This document shows positions 19,750 through 31,146 of a stretch of 64,000 nucleotides of DNA, one piece after another. The translations under genes were made by a program, and so were the position numbers. The DNA is from Macrostomum lignano. Taxonomy: Eukaryota. Under the pieces are notes generated by a model, which was given only the letters and a program-made list of their open reading frames with translations, did no database searches and was not told the DNA's origin. Position 1 is the stretch's first letter. Each line of letters starts with the position of its first letter. The stretch covers positions 496,001-560,000 of the forward strand of contig NIVC01000032.1 in the NCBI GenBank assembly GCA_002269645.1, in the 5' to 3' direction.

Positions 19750-20020
19750 GAGAAGCCTGGAGAAACCAGGAATTGAAATACCTGGAGATACCAGGTGGAG
19801 AAACCTGAAGAAGGGAACTGGATGGAGAAACGCAGCTGCAGAAGACCTTAAAAACCTAGAGAATCAATTGGAGAAACCTCGAGAACTTGGAGAACGTCAA
19901 AGATAAACCTGGAGAATTGACTTTATAGAAAGCTGGAAATTTCCGGAGAAACTTAGAGAACTTGGAGAAACCTCGAGAAACCTAAAGAAACATGGAGAAA
20001 CCTGGGGAGAAACCTTGTGA
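19750..20020. repeat. Degenerate purine-rich repeat (GGAGAAACCT-like)
   Basis: Recurrent motif with irregular period. Confidence 0.65.
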
Positions 20021-22122
20021 TCGTAATTCTGAGCTGTCGAAAAGGCTAGGTTAGAAGGCTTAATAAATCAAGCAAGGGGGTAGAAGTAACTAAAAAAGCT
20101 TTCTTTGATCACGATATTCAATACGAATTTGTATAATAAACAACGTATGAATGTGTCGACAAATAAGCAAGAATATATATTAGTCTACGCGATATTTCGT
20201 AGAATGATCGTTATAGGTAAAAACAGCGTGGATTTAAACTACTTCAAGTAAACGAAGATTTCTTTAATTTATTTATGTCATGATGTCGGTCGTAAATTAC
20301 ATCACAATATCATCATAGGCTTACAAAGGTTATATGTATGTATGTATGCTAGTATAGACTAGGTCTATAGATATAACCTTAGCATGTATTGCCCAGGTGT
20401 GGGTCTGTTAAATCATTAGTAAGTTAGGGACTTGGGGCCTAGTTTATCCTATCGCCTAGACGGGAAAGGAAAGCTAGCTAGGGCCTAGCAAAATTTGCAC
20501 TGTGTGGCAGTGGCAGCTGCAGGGAACAGGGAAGTTTATATTTTTCTTAAATACTTCTTTATGTCTAGTAGGGGCCTAATACGGGGCCGGGGGGACCCAC
20601 AAGTAACTGACACATTTAAATTTCTTATACCTTTCAATTGCTTGAATGAAATATTTTTAATGCTTTATCACAATATGACATAAAAATACTTTATTGTTTC
20701 AGCAGTCCCGTGCTGTCATGCATAGGCCTAGCCTAGTCTTTTTATTTTTTATCTTATAAATTAAGTTATTTTAATCAGGCCTAGGCATATAAATTAGGCC
20801 TATCTATATCAAACCTATGATAGGCATAGGCCTAGCCATATAGCTATAGCCATAGGGCTATAGAAACTAGGCTCCAATTTATTTTATGACAAAATTTCAA
20901 TACTCAGTAGGATGATTCACCAAAAAAACTTTTTGCCAAAAATTGATTCTTTGAATATTTTTTTGCCAAAAGTTGATTTGCCAAAACCTTAATGAGAAAC
21001 TGATATCTACCAATTCAAATAATGATATTAGTAAATACTAATAATGCTAACAAGTTTTTTATTGCATCATGGTAATGGCCTGATACTTGCAAGGTCACAT
21101 GAGTATCATAGTTTGGACCATGTATTAGTGTATGCTAGGTTTAATGCTGGAAAAATGACAAGATCTCATTTATATACTAGATTTATACACCAATGTAAAA
21201 AATTGTCATTTGATAGTAATGTATTTGCTATGTTATGTCTGCTAGGGGGTGGGATATACCCTAAAATTCCTTGATATATACTAAAAAATGGTAAGACCCT
21301 TGTTGTATAGGCCTACCACAAAATCCTAGCATACATATTACCTTCCAAACTAGCCCCCCTTGACCCTATGGTATTATATATAGTGCATAATGTGAGTACT
21401 TAGATTTTTTAGTTGTCAATACCAAGAATTTTTTGATTGATTATAAATTACAAAACTCTTTTTCCTACTAGTGCAATTCTTTTAATTTTATAAAAAAAAT
21501 ATAAGGAGAATACTTTTTTATGCAACAACTGCCATATATGCTAATATAATAGTTGAGCTAATATGTATTAAAATACACTACCTTCCTAAGGAAGATTTTT
21601 TAAATAAACAAGCAACGTACTAATACAAGGTATAATTATTTTCTAACTGGCTTATAATGTAAAAAACCTATATAATTTATTGGCTACTGTTTTGTAAGCC
21701 AAGATGTACATATATTTTACTGCTGTGTTTGAAACATTTAACATTTTACCAAATTGACTTGCTAGGCCTACCAATAGGCCTAGGAGCCTATTCAATAATA
21801 TCAAAAAGCCTATTTTAATTTTATATTTTTTCCTAAATGATAAACCTATATTTATAAAGATTTATATCTAAAAAAACTCTTATATTGTAATTATAGGGCC
21901 TACAAAGTTCCTAGATAGTCATATGCAATGCTATATGACTATGATGAGATATGGCTGTGCAATATAATGATTATTATAATATAAGCCTACAATAAATAAG
22001 CTTACTACTATATAGTATTAATTTTTTTCATATACTAATATAAGTCATAATATTAGCTTATTGTATTGATATTATTATTATTATTATATTGAAATTAGGA
22101 TAATCCATAGTCTGGAAGAAGA

Positions 22123-22535
22123 TTGGCTCACTAGTCAATTGCCTAATTGGTTAATTGGCTCACTAGTCAATTGCCTAATTAGTTAGTTGGCTCACTAGTC
22201 AATTGTATAATTGGTTAGTTGGCTCACTGGTCAACTGGCAAGTTGGTTAATTGGCTCACTAGTCAATTGCCTAATTGGTTAATTGGCTCACTAGTCAATT
22301 GCCTAATTGGTTAATTGGCTCACTTGTCAATTGCCTAATTAGTTAGTTGGCTCACTAGTCAATTGTATAATTGGTTAGTTGGCTCACTGGTCAATTGGCA
22401 AGTTGGTTAATTGGCTCACTAGTCAATTGCCTAGTTGGTTAATTGGCTCACTAGTCAATTGCCTAATTGGTTAATTGGCTCACTAGTCAATAGTCTAATT
22501 GGTTAGTTGGCTCACTGGTCAGTTGGCAAGTTGGT
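22123..22535. repeat. 32-bp tandem repeat (TTGGCTCACTAGTCAATTGCCTAATTGGTTAA)
   Basis: Direct periodicity. Confidence 0.95.
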
Positions 22536-22765
22536 CTAATCTTGGCAAAACTTGAGCCTATTTATACTTCTTTAAGCAATAAGTTAAATTAATATACTTT
22601 TGACCAAGGTGCAATTTAAAAACAAATTTAAGCAATAAAACAAACTTAAATTAGAATATTTTTTCACTTTAGAAGTGTACATATTTAATATGAATATTTG
22701 CATTGAGTGTTTGCATATTTAACTTCAACTATTTCAATCAAACCAAATTACTATGCAGATTAATC

Positions 22766-25538
22766 ATGGACAATTTGACCAGCTCAATTGAAATAGAAGG
22801 CAAACGGAAACGCTACTTCGACGATCTTTACCAATGGATAAACAATCAGCGAAAGTTGATGCAAATTACAGCTTCACTTGCTGTTGGCCTGAACCAGTTT
22901 GGTTCAGTTTCAAATTCTGACGCATCTGCAGCTGCACTAGCCAATGCTCATCTGCAGTCTCAGCTTCGTCTGATTAAGGGTGCTGCTCCAACGCAACAGG
23001 GACAAGGAGGCCAGGCTGTTGGGGTGGGTTCTGGTGACTTGTGTTTTGACTCAGTGTTTCAATATTTTTTATTACTGAATGCTCACAAATAACAATTAAC
23101 AGTGGGAATACCAAGCCATTTTTTTCCGCCCGTCGAACCACCAAGAGGGGGGGATTCCCCCCCCCCCCCCTGACAATTGTTTTTTTGCTGCGCCATATTG
23201 GAGCAACGCAGGAACACGAAATTCAAGAACACCGACTAACTTTTTGTTGCGCACCTTCTCAAACAAGAATCAAGTCGCCAGCCCTCCGGACCGTCGAGAT
23301 ATTCGACGATTCTGCCAGAAGGTCGGATTTTTCCCATAAGTGCTAGTGTATTCAGTGCACCCCTGTGCAGCCTTGCCAAGCTTCCAAATTTCATCAGCAC
23401 GTCCAGTCTGCATCAGCTGTAACTTCGTTATTCACTAGTCTTCACCCAGACTGAGCTTCTAGATCTTCAACAGGTGTCACCAGGTGACTATGGACACGCT
23501 GTTGCAAATTTCTGTAGTTTTGCCAATCAAGCCTTGACAGTGGGCAAACCTTAACTTCTGGACATCCTCAGCTAGTCTCTGAGACTCTGCACAGTTATTA
23601 ATTGTGCCAAACTATTAACTAAACTACAGAAACCTTTTATTTTTTTCTCTATAGGCTAGCGGTCTGCCTTCTCAACAACAACAGCAGCAGCAGCAACCGC
23701 AAGAGCAGATAGATCGCCAGCAGCAGCAGCAGCAAGCCAGAAGAGCCAATCCCCGTCAAGTCTACGGCGGCCGCCTAGGCATTGAAGGCTATCGGTTTCG
23801 CGTCGCCCCAATATGGAAGCGCGTCCTAGCCGAACTAATCGATGGACTGCTTCTATTAGTACTTAAATTAGTACTCATGATTGTGCTTGAGCAGCGCATC
23901 GATTTTGTAGTTGACAGCTTGCTTCCTGTTGATAATCGGTTCTGGAAAGCTGAACCGTCCGTTGGACAGCAGCAGCATCATCAGCGTAGACTGGCCGAGT
24001 TTAATAGAAGATTTGGCGCCTCAGGTGGCGGTCATCAGCCTAATCAGATGCACCATCAGCAGCAGCATCAGCAGAATCTTGAATTTGATATTGCCGGTAT
24101 GCGATTCAGCATGACCGATTTGTTATCGCCTAGACTAATCCTATTGGATTTAATGGTCCGTCTGATGGTATTGCTGCTGGAGACTTTTGCACTGTGCGGC
24201 TTTTTCGGTCTGTTCCGTTCGGGACAAACGCCTGGCAAGTGGCTTATGAATTTGCAGGTAAGAATTTTGTGTGTGGGCTTTATTGGGATTTTTATTGGGG
24301 CAGGTGTAACAGTGCTGTGTATCTAACAGGCAGGTGTAACAGTGCTGTGTATCTAACAGGCAGGTGTAACCGTGCTGTGTATCTAACAGGCAGGTGTAAC
24401 AGTGCTGTGTGTCTAACAGGCAGGTGTAACAGTGCTGTGTGTCTAACAGGCAGGTGTAACAGTGCTGTGTATCTAATAGGCAGGTGTAACAGTTCTGTGT
24501 GTCTAACAGGCAGGTGTAACAGTGCTGTGTATCTAACAGGCAGGTGTAACCGTGCTGTGTATCTAACAGGCAGGTGTAACCGTGCTGTGTGTCTAACAGG
24601 CAGGTGTAACAGTGCTGTGTATCTAATAGGCAGGTGTAACAGTGCTGTGTATCTAATAGGCAGGTGTAACAGTTCTGTGTGTCTAACAGGCAGGTGTAAC
24701 AGTGCTGTGTATCTAATAGGCAGGTGTAACAGTTCTGTGTGTCTAACAGGCAGGTGTAACAGTGCTGTGTATCTAACAGGCAAGTGTAACAGTTCTGTGT
24801 GTCTAACAGGCAGGTGTAACAGTGCTGTGTATCTAACAGGCAGGTGTAACCGTGCTGTGTATCTAACAGGCAGGTGTAACCGTGCTGTGTGTCTAACAGG
24901 CAGGTGTAACAGTGCTGGGTATCTAACAGGCAGGTGTAACAGTGCTGGGTATCTAACAGGCAGGTGTAACAGTGCTGGGTATCTAACAGGCTGGTGTAAC
25001 AGTGCTGTATATCTAACAGGCAGGTGTAACAGTGCTGGGTATCTAACAGGCAGGTGTAACAGTGCTGGGTATCTAACAGGCTGGTGTAACAGTGCTGTAT
25101 ATCTAACAGGCAGGTGTAACAGTGCTGGGTATCTAACAGGCAGGTGTAACAGTGCTGGGTATCTAACAGGCTAACAGATTGCAATGACAGTGTCTTACAG
25201 TCTAACAGACAGATGTAAAATCTTAATGATATTGACAGACAGTTGGAACAGGTCAGTTACTGCTTTAATTTGTTTAATTATCAACCTCCTTATCAACGAA
25301 TTGTGTCCAGGTAGTCCAAGCCAATGACGTCATCGACCTGCCAGACCAAATAATCGAAGTTCTACCAGCCAATCCTTTGAGGTTTCAACGCGCTCTGGCC
25401 AGAAGTGCAATCAAGAATTTGGCTATGATGTTCTTTTTCCCTGTATGGGCCACCGCGTTTGTGTTCAGCAATCATCGTACTAGCTATGACATCATCACTT
25501 CTACGATTGTGGTAGAGAATCTGCCGCCAGAGAACTGA
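22766..25538 (+). CDS. FAM8A1: FAM8A1-like RDD-domain membrane protein; exons 22766-23023, 23655-24257, 25311-25538; 362 aa
   Basis: RDD motifs VAPIWKRVLAELIDG, GQTPGKWLMNLQVV, RALARSAIKN, RTSYDIITSTIVV; three phase-0 GT-AG joins. Confidence 0.85.
24299..25170. repeat. 30-bp tandem repeat (GCAGGTGTAACAGTGCTGTGTATCTAACAG), about 29 copies, in FAM8A1 intron 2
   Basis: Direct periodicity. Confidence 0.98.
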
Positions 25539-25599
25539 AGATGATTTTTGTCTGTTTGTTAGTTGCTTGTTTTCTTAAAGGACAGTTTAAGTCGAAATG

Positions 25600-26076
25600 A
25601 TGAAAATCTTTGTTTCTTAATAAAGAAGTCTCTTAGAATGAAAACTTCTATAAACTTTGTTTCTTAGAAAAGAAGTTTCTTAGAATGAAAACTTCTATGA
25701 ACTTTGTTTCTTAGAAAAGAAGTTTCTTAGGATGAAAACTTCTATGAACTTTGTTTCTTAGAAAAGAAGTTTCTTAGGATGAAAACTTCTATGAACTTTG
25801 TTTCTTAGAAAAGAAGTCTCTTAGAATGAAAACTTCTATGAACTTTGTTTCTTAGAAAAGAAGTTTCTTAGAATGAAAACTTCTATGAACTTTGTTTCTT
25901 AGAAAAGAAGTTTCTTAGGATAAAAACTTCTATGAACTTTGTTTCTTAGAAAAGAAGTTTCTTAGAATGAAAACTTCTATGAGCTTTGTTTCTTAGAAAA
26001 GAAGTTTCTTAGAATGAAAACTTCTATGAGCTTTGTTTCTTAGAAAAGAAGTTTCTTAGGATGAAAACTTCTATGA
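25600..26076. repeat. 47-bp AT-rich tandem repeat downstream of FAM8A1
   Basis: Unit TAGAATGAAAACTTCTATGAACTTTGTTTCTTAGAAAAGAAGTTTCT. Confidence 0.95.
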
Positions 26077-26659
26077 TTAAAATTGACAGAACTTCAATAG
26101 AAACAATTTTTTTCTGTCCTGACTTCTTTTTTAAAAGACATTCTAAGTTACTCTTAGTAGTTTTTTTATTGAACTATTAAATAAACAGAATTATTAGCTC
26201 TGGTAATGACGAATATATACTTATTTTTTAATAATTAAACACCCATTTTCGTTTTTGAGTTTTCCAAATTGTTTGTTTAAATAAAAAACTTAGTCAAATG
26301 ATTTGTTTAACTTTCAACGTTGCATACAGCTTACCTTAGTTACTTGATTCAGTTTCTGACATTGATTATAATAATATTTCAGTTATCTGAATTGTGCTCC
26401 TATTGATGTACCTAAATATTGTTGGTTAATGGAATTTACTTCGCAAAGTCAGCAGTGATGTTCTTGTATGTGTGTATATATACAACTCGTATGAATGATA
26501 AATATTTTGATTAATTATTACTTATAAATAAATATACGAGTTTGATTATAAACTTATAGTGCCATACAGTCGCATTTTATGATGTTAATTTTCTTTTTTT
26601 TAAATTGCACTAATATAAGTCCCTTATTAAGATAACCTGTTTTATAGCTTCTTATTTGG

Positions 26660-26837
26660 TTGTCTGTCTAACTGGCTGTCTTAGTGTCTGTCCGTCTGTC
26701 CGTCTGTCTGTCTGTCTGTCTGTCCGTCTGTCTGTCTGCCTATCTGTCTGTGTGTGTGTCTGTCTGTCTGTCCGTCTGTCTGTCTGTCTGTCCGTCTGTC
26801 CGTCTGTCTGCCTGTCTGCCTGTCTGTCTGTCTGTCC

Positions 26838-26869
<32 letters not shown>

Positions 26870-26920
26870 GCCTGTCTGTCTGTCTGTCCGTCTGTCTGTC
26901 TGTCCGTCTGTCTGTCTGCC

Positions 26921-26966
<46 letters not shown>
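26660..26966. repeat. (TGTC)n microsatellite
   Basis: Direct periodicity. Confidence 0.97.
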
Positions 26967-26967
<1 letters not shown>

Positions 26968-27074
26968 TTTTAGCTTTCTAGCCCAGAGTAGTTTATCTCA
27001 AACAGCAAACTAACCCACACTACTACAAGTACCCAAATGCGCACAGCCAACCACAATTCTCCTAATCAACTCCG

Positions 27075-29479
27075 CTGCCTTCCGGTATTCGCAAGGCGCT
27101 GACCGAAGCGGCCCAGGCTGGCGCCACCGGCTTGGCTTTGGTTGACCGCGACATCGACGACTTACTGCGCTGCCCCCTGCTGCTGACTGAGCGGTCCCTG
27201 TTCCAGAGCCTCACCCGGCTGACGCTGAGCCACAACCGGGTCTCGGTGCTGCCTAAAGAGATTGCTAAATTGGAAAATTTGCAGCACCTTAATTTGTTTA
27301 ATAATCGGCTGACATTGGTGTGTCCTGAGATTGGGCAGGTGAGTTGATGGTTCTCAGTTGCTGGGTCAGCCTCACAGATCGTCAGTTGATGAGCCACCAG
27401 CCTCCCAGATCCTCAGTTGCCGGGCCAGCCTCCCAGAACCTCAGTTGCTGGGCCAGCCTGCCAGAACCTCAGTTGCTGGGCCAGCCTCCCAGATCCTCAG
27501 TTGCCGGGCCAGCCTCCCAGAACCTCAGTTGCTGGGCCAGCCTCCCAGATCCTCAGTTACTGGCCAGTCTCCCAGATCCTCAGTTGCTGGGCCAGCCACA
27601 CAGATCCTCAGTTGCTGGGCCAGCCTCCCAGATCCTCAGTTGCCGGGCCAGCCTCCCAGATCCTCAGTTGCCGGGCCAGCCTCCCAGAACCTCAGTTGCT
27701 GGGCCAGCCTCCCAGATCCTCAGTTACTGGCCAGTCTCCCAGATCCTCAGTTGCTGGGCCAGCCACACAGATCCTCAGTTGCTGGGCCAGCCTCCCAGAT
27801 CCTCAGTTGCCGGGCCAGCCTCCCAGGTCCTCAGTTGCCGGGCCAGCCTCCCAGAACCTCAGTTGCTGGGCCAGCCTGCCAGAACCTCAGTTGCTGGGCC
27901 AGCCTCCCAGATCCTCAGTTGCCGGGCCAGCCTCCCAGAACCTCAGTTGCTGGGCCAGCCTCCCAGATCCTCAGTTACTGGCCAGTCTCCCAGATCCTCA
28001 GTTGCTGGGCCAGCCACACAGATCCTCAGTTGCTGGGCCAGCCTCCCAGATCCTCAGTTGCCGGGCCAGCCTCCCAGATCCTCAGTTGCCGGGCCAGCCT
28101 CCCAGAACCTCAGTTGCTGGGCCAGCCTCCCAGATCCTCAGTTACTGGCCAGTCTCCCAGATCCTCAGTTGCTGGGCCAGCCACACAGATCCTCAGTTGC
28201 TGGGCCAGCCTCCCAGATCCTCAGTTGCCGGGCCAGCCTCCCAGATCCTCAGTTGCCGGGCCAGCCTCCCAGAACCTCAGTTGCTGAGCCAGCCTCCCAG
28301 ATCCTCAGTTGCCGGGCCAGCCTCCCAGATCCTCAGTTGCTGGGCCAGCCTCCCAGATCCTCAGTTACTGGCCAGCCTCCCAGATCCTCAGTTGCTGGGC
28401 CAGCCTCACATGTCCTCATTCCAACCTCTACTCCTGAAATGAATAATTGCAGCTGAAGAAGCTGTACCAGCTGAACCTGGGCATGAATCGTCTGGCCACC
28501 TTACCAAGAGAATTCGGTCAGCTGCAGCAGCTGGAACTGCTTGATTTGAGCTACAATAATTTGCACGAAGGCGGCTTACCTGCGGAGTTTTTCTCTCTGG
28601 TCGCTTTGCGCGCTCTGTACCTGGGCGATAACGATTTTGAGCGATTGCCGGCTGCTTTCCAGAACTTTCGAAATCTGCTTGTTGTGAGTAGTTAATCGTG
28701 TTCCGGCTGACTGTATCTTAGTTGGAATCTACTCAATCTTATTTTAATAAGATTTTCTAAATCACTTAGATCTGAATCCTTATTAGCTGGGATCTGAATC
28801 CTCATTAGCTGGGATCTGAATACTCATTAGCTGGGATCTGAATCCTCATTAGCTAGGATCCGAATCCTCATTAGCTGGGATCTGAATCCTCATTAGCTGG
28901 GATCTGAATACTCATTAACTGGGATCTGAATCTTCATTAGCTAGGACCCGAATCCTCATTAGCTGGGATCTGAATCCTCATTAGCTGGGATTCATTAGCT
29001 GGGATCTGAATCCTCATTAGCTGGGATCTGAATCCTCATTAGCTGGGATCTGAATACTCATTAGCTGGGATTTGAATCATCAAGGCTTGTAAATTGCTTG
29101 TAAATTTTTACCTGTATATTACTATCTTCCTCTATTTCCGCAGCTCTCAGTTCGCGACAACGACCTGGTCGAGCTGCCGCCAGAACTGGGGCATTGCTCT
29201 GGCATTCGCGAGCTTCACATTCAAGGCAATCGGCTTCTGTTGCTGCCCCCAGAATTTGCCCAACTACAATTAGGCAGCCCAGATACAGTGCTAAGAATGG
29301 GCGACAATCCCTGGGTTGAGCACATTGCCGACCAATTAGCCTTAGGTGTTAGTCACGTGATGCATTACCTTGCCACCGACGCTTACAGAGTGCAGTACAG
29401 TCAGCTGATGAGCGGCAGTTCGTTGAAATATCCGCCAAAAGCCAGCAAAGCTAAAAAGATTAGCAGGAAAACTAGTTGA
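27075..29479 (+). CDS. RSU1: Ras suppressor protein 1 (LRR); exons 27075(CTG, start uncertain)-27338, 28453-28683, 29144-29479; ~276 aa
   Basis: LTLSHNRV, LNLFNNRL, LNLGMNRL, LDLSYNNL, LRALYLGDNDFE, LSVRDNDL, ELHIQGNRL, NPWVEHIADQLALGVSHV and KKISRK match RSU1; phase-0 GT-AG junctions. No in-frame ATG precedes the first exon. Confidence 0.92.
27350..28410. repeat. ~28-bp GC-rich tandem repeat (GGGCCAGCCTCCCAGATCCTCAGTTGCT) filling RSU1 intron 1
   Basis: Direct periodicity. Confidence 0.97.
28770..29075. repeat. 22-bp tandem repeat (CTGGGATCTGAATCCTCATTAG) in RSU1 intron 2
   Basis: Direct periodicity. Confidence 0.95.
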
Positions 29480-29574
29480 ATGCTTTGCAGCTGCTGCTAT
29501 GTTGGTGTTGTATTGTACAGGGCCTTCTGTGTTCCGCAATCGAGTCTTTGCAGCCGATATCCGCTTGGATACTT

Positions 29575-30070
29575 GACACTGAGACAGACACTGGGACAGA
29601 CACTGGGACAGAGACGGGGATAGACACTGGGACAGAGACTGGGATAGACACTGGGACAGAGACTGGGATAGACACTGGGACAGAGACTGGGATAGACACT
29701 GGGACAGAGACTGGGATAGACACTGGGACAGAGACTGGGATAGACACTGGGACAGAGACTGGGATAGACACTGGGACAGAGACTGGGATAGACACTGGGA
29801 CAGAGACTGGGATAGACACTGGGACAGAGACTGGGATAGACACTGGGACAGAGACTGGGATAGACACTGGGACAGAGACTGGGATAGACACTGGAACAGA
29901 GACTGCGGCGGGCAGACAGATAGACAGGCAGGCAGGCAGGCAGGCAGACAGACAGACAGACAGACAGAGGGACAGACAGAGGGACAGACAGACAGGCAGA
30001 CAGAGAGACAGACATGCAGACAGACAGACAGGCAGGCAGGCAGGCAGGCAGACAGATAACAGACAGATAG
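29575..30070. repeat. 24-bp tandem repeat (GACACTGGGACAGAGACTGGGATA) followed by (GACA/GGCA)n
   Basis: Direct periodicity. Confidence 0.95.
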
Positions 30071-31146
30071 GCATATGACATCATTGCCGACAGGTGCAAC
30101 AGATACGCTTTAAGTGCAGAATCAGGGAAGTCACAAGTATATTGCGTATTTTATAATGGAATTTTTTAATTACGCTCGTACATCCCTTTACGTATATTCT
30201 AGCTTACTTTAAAATTTTTGTTTAGTGACCAAAGCCAACAACGGTTTTTTGTAGTATATATTTTTTACAGATTATATCTGCCATTCCAATCAAGGTTTTT
30301 ACTGACATTATAGAAATTCTTCCATGATTTGCTTTTGTCTTTTGATGATTAATTTTTTGGTGTCCTCTCTTGTGGACATGTATTTAATAGCTTTTATTCT
30401 TAAAAACTATATTACTGATGCCAGGTTTTTAGGCTATTTCTAATTGCCTAGATATATCTATATAGCCAGATTCTATGTAACATTCACTATCTGTTCGTCA
30501 GATTTAAAAAAAAATTTATAAAACTATTCACTTGAATCGAAATATAACTGTTTATGTTTTATATCTGTATTGTATTTTCTAGTTTTTTGCTATTAAAAAG
30601 AAGTTTGATTTACCTTATTAATAAACTTTTTTTGAAGTTGGTTTTAGTTATTTATTGGCGCAATAACGGTTTCGATCTCGTTTATTTTTTAATGCTTATA
30701 ATTAGCTGTTTTAGTTTGATTGACGATCTTTTTTTAGGGCGTAGCTTATCTGATATCAGGCATCTGACTTTCATCTTTTATGCAAGAGTTCCTGTGGTTC
30801 GCTCCAAGAGAATACTTAGTCTAAATGAACTTGCATTAAAAATTGGTGCGATGCTTGAAGATCCATGGATATTCAGCAAGCGACATTAAATTCAGTTGCA
30901 CATCCTTGCAATACACTCTGCTTTAACTAGCTCTCAATGAATCAGTAGCTGTAATACACAAAAATATGTCAGCAGTATTGGTTTCTTCATCATAGCTGTA
31001 AAAGTTTTTGATTTTTAAGGCAGAAGGCATTACTTTTTAGAACGACTCTCGTGGCAACACATTATTTGATCCAGTTTTCATTAGTTAGATTTTGCGTTAT
31101 AAAACTACTAAATCTATCTTTATTTCCATTAAGTCTACCAACTAGA

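Noticed and set aside
23100-23620. Possible transposase relic in FAM8A1 intron 1
   Set aside because: Coding-like composition, but no convincing motif or TIR pair in hand translation.
24150-25184. Cys/His-rich 326-344 aa repeat ORFs resembling metal-binding repeats
   Set aside because: Both strands of the 30-bp intronic array are open; the FAM8A1 splice model explains the locus.
27344-28456. Pro/Gln-rich 309-370 aa ORFs
   Set aside because: 28-bp repeat inside RSU1 intron 1.
29472-30099. 200-aa ORFs with an apparent signal peptide and DTGTETG repeats
   Set aside because: Overlaps the RSU1 stop and runs through 24-bp and 4-bp repeats that are open in several frames; no independent support.
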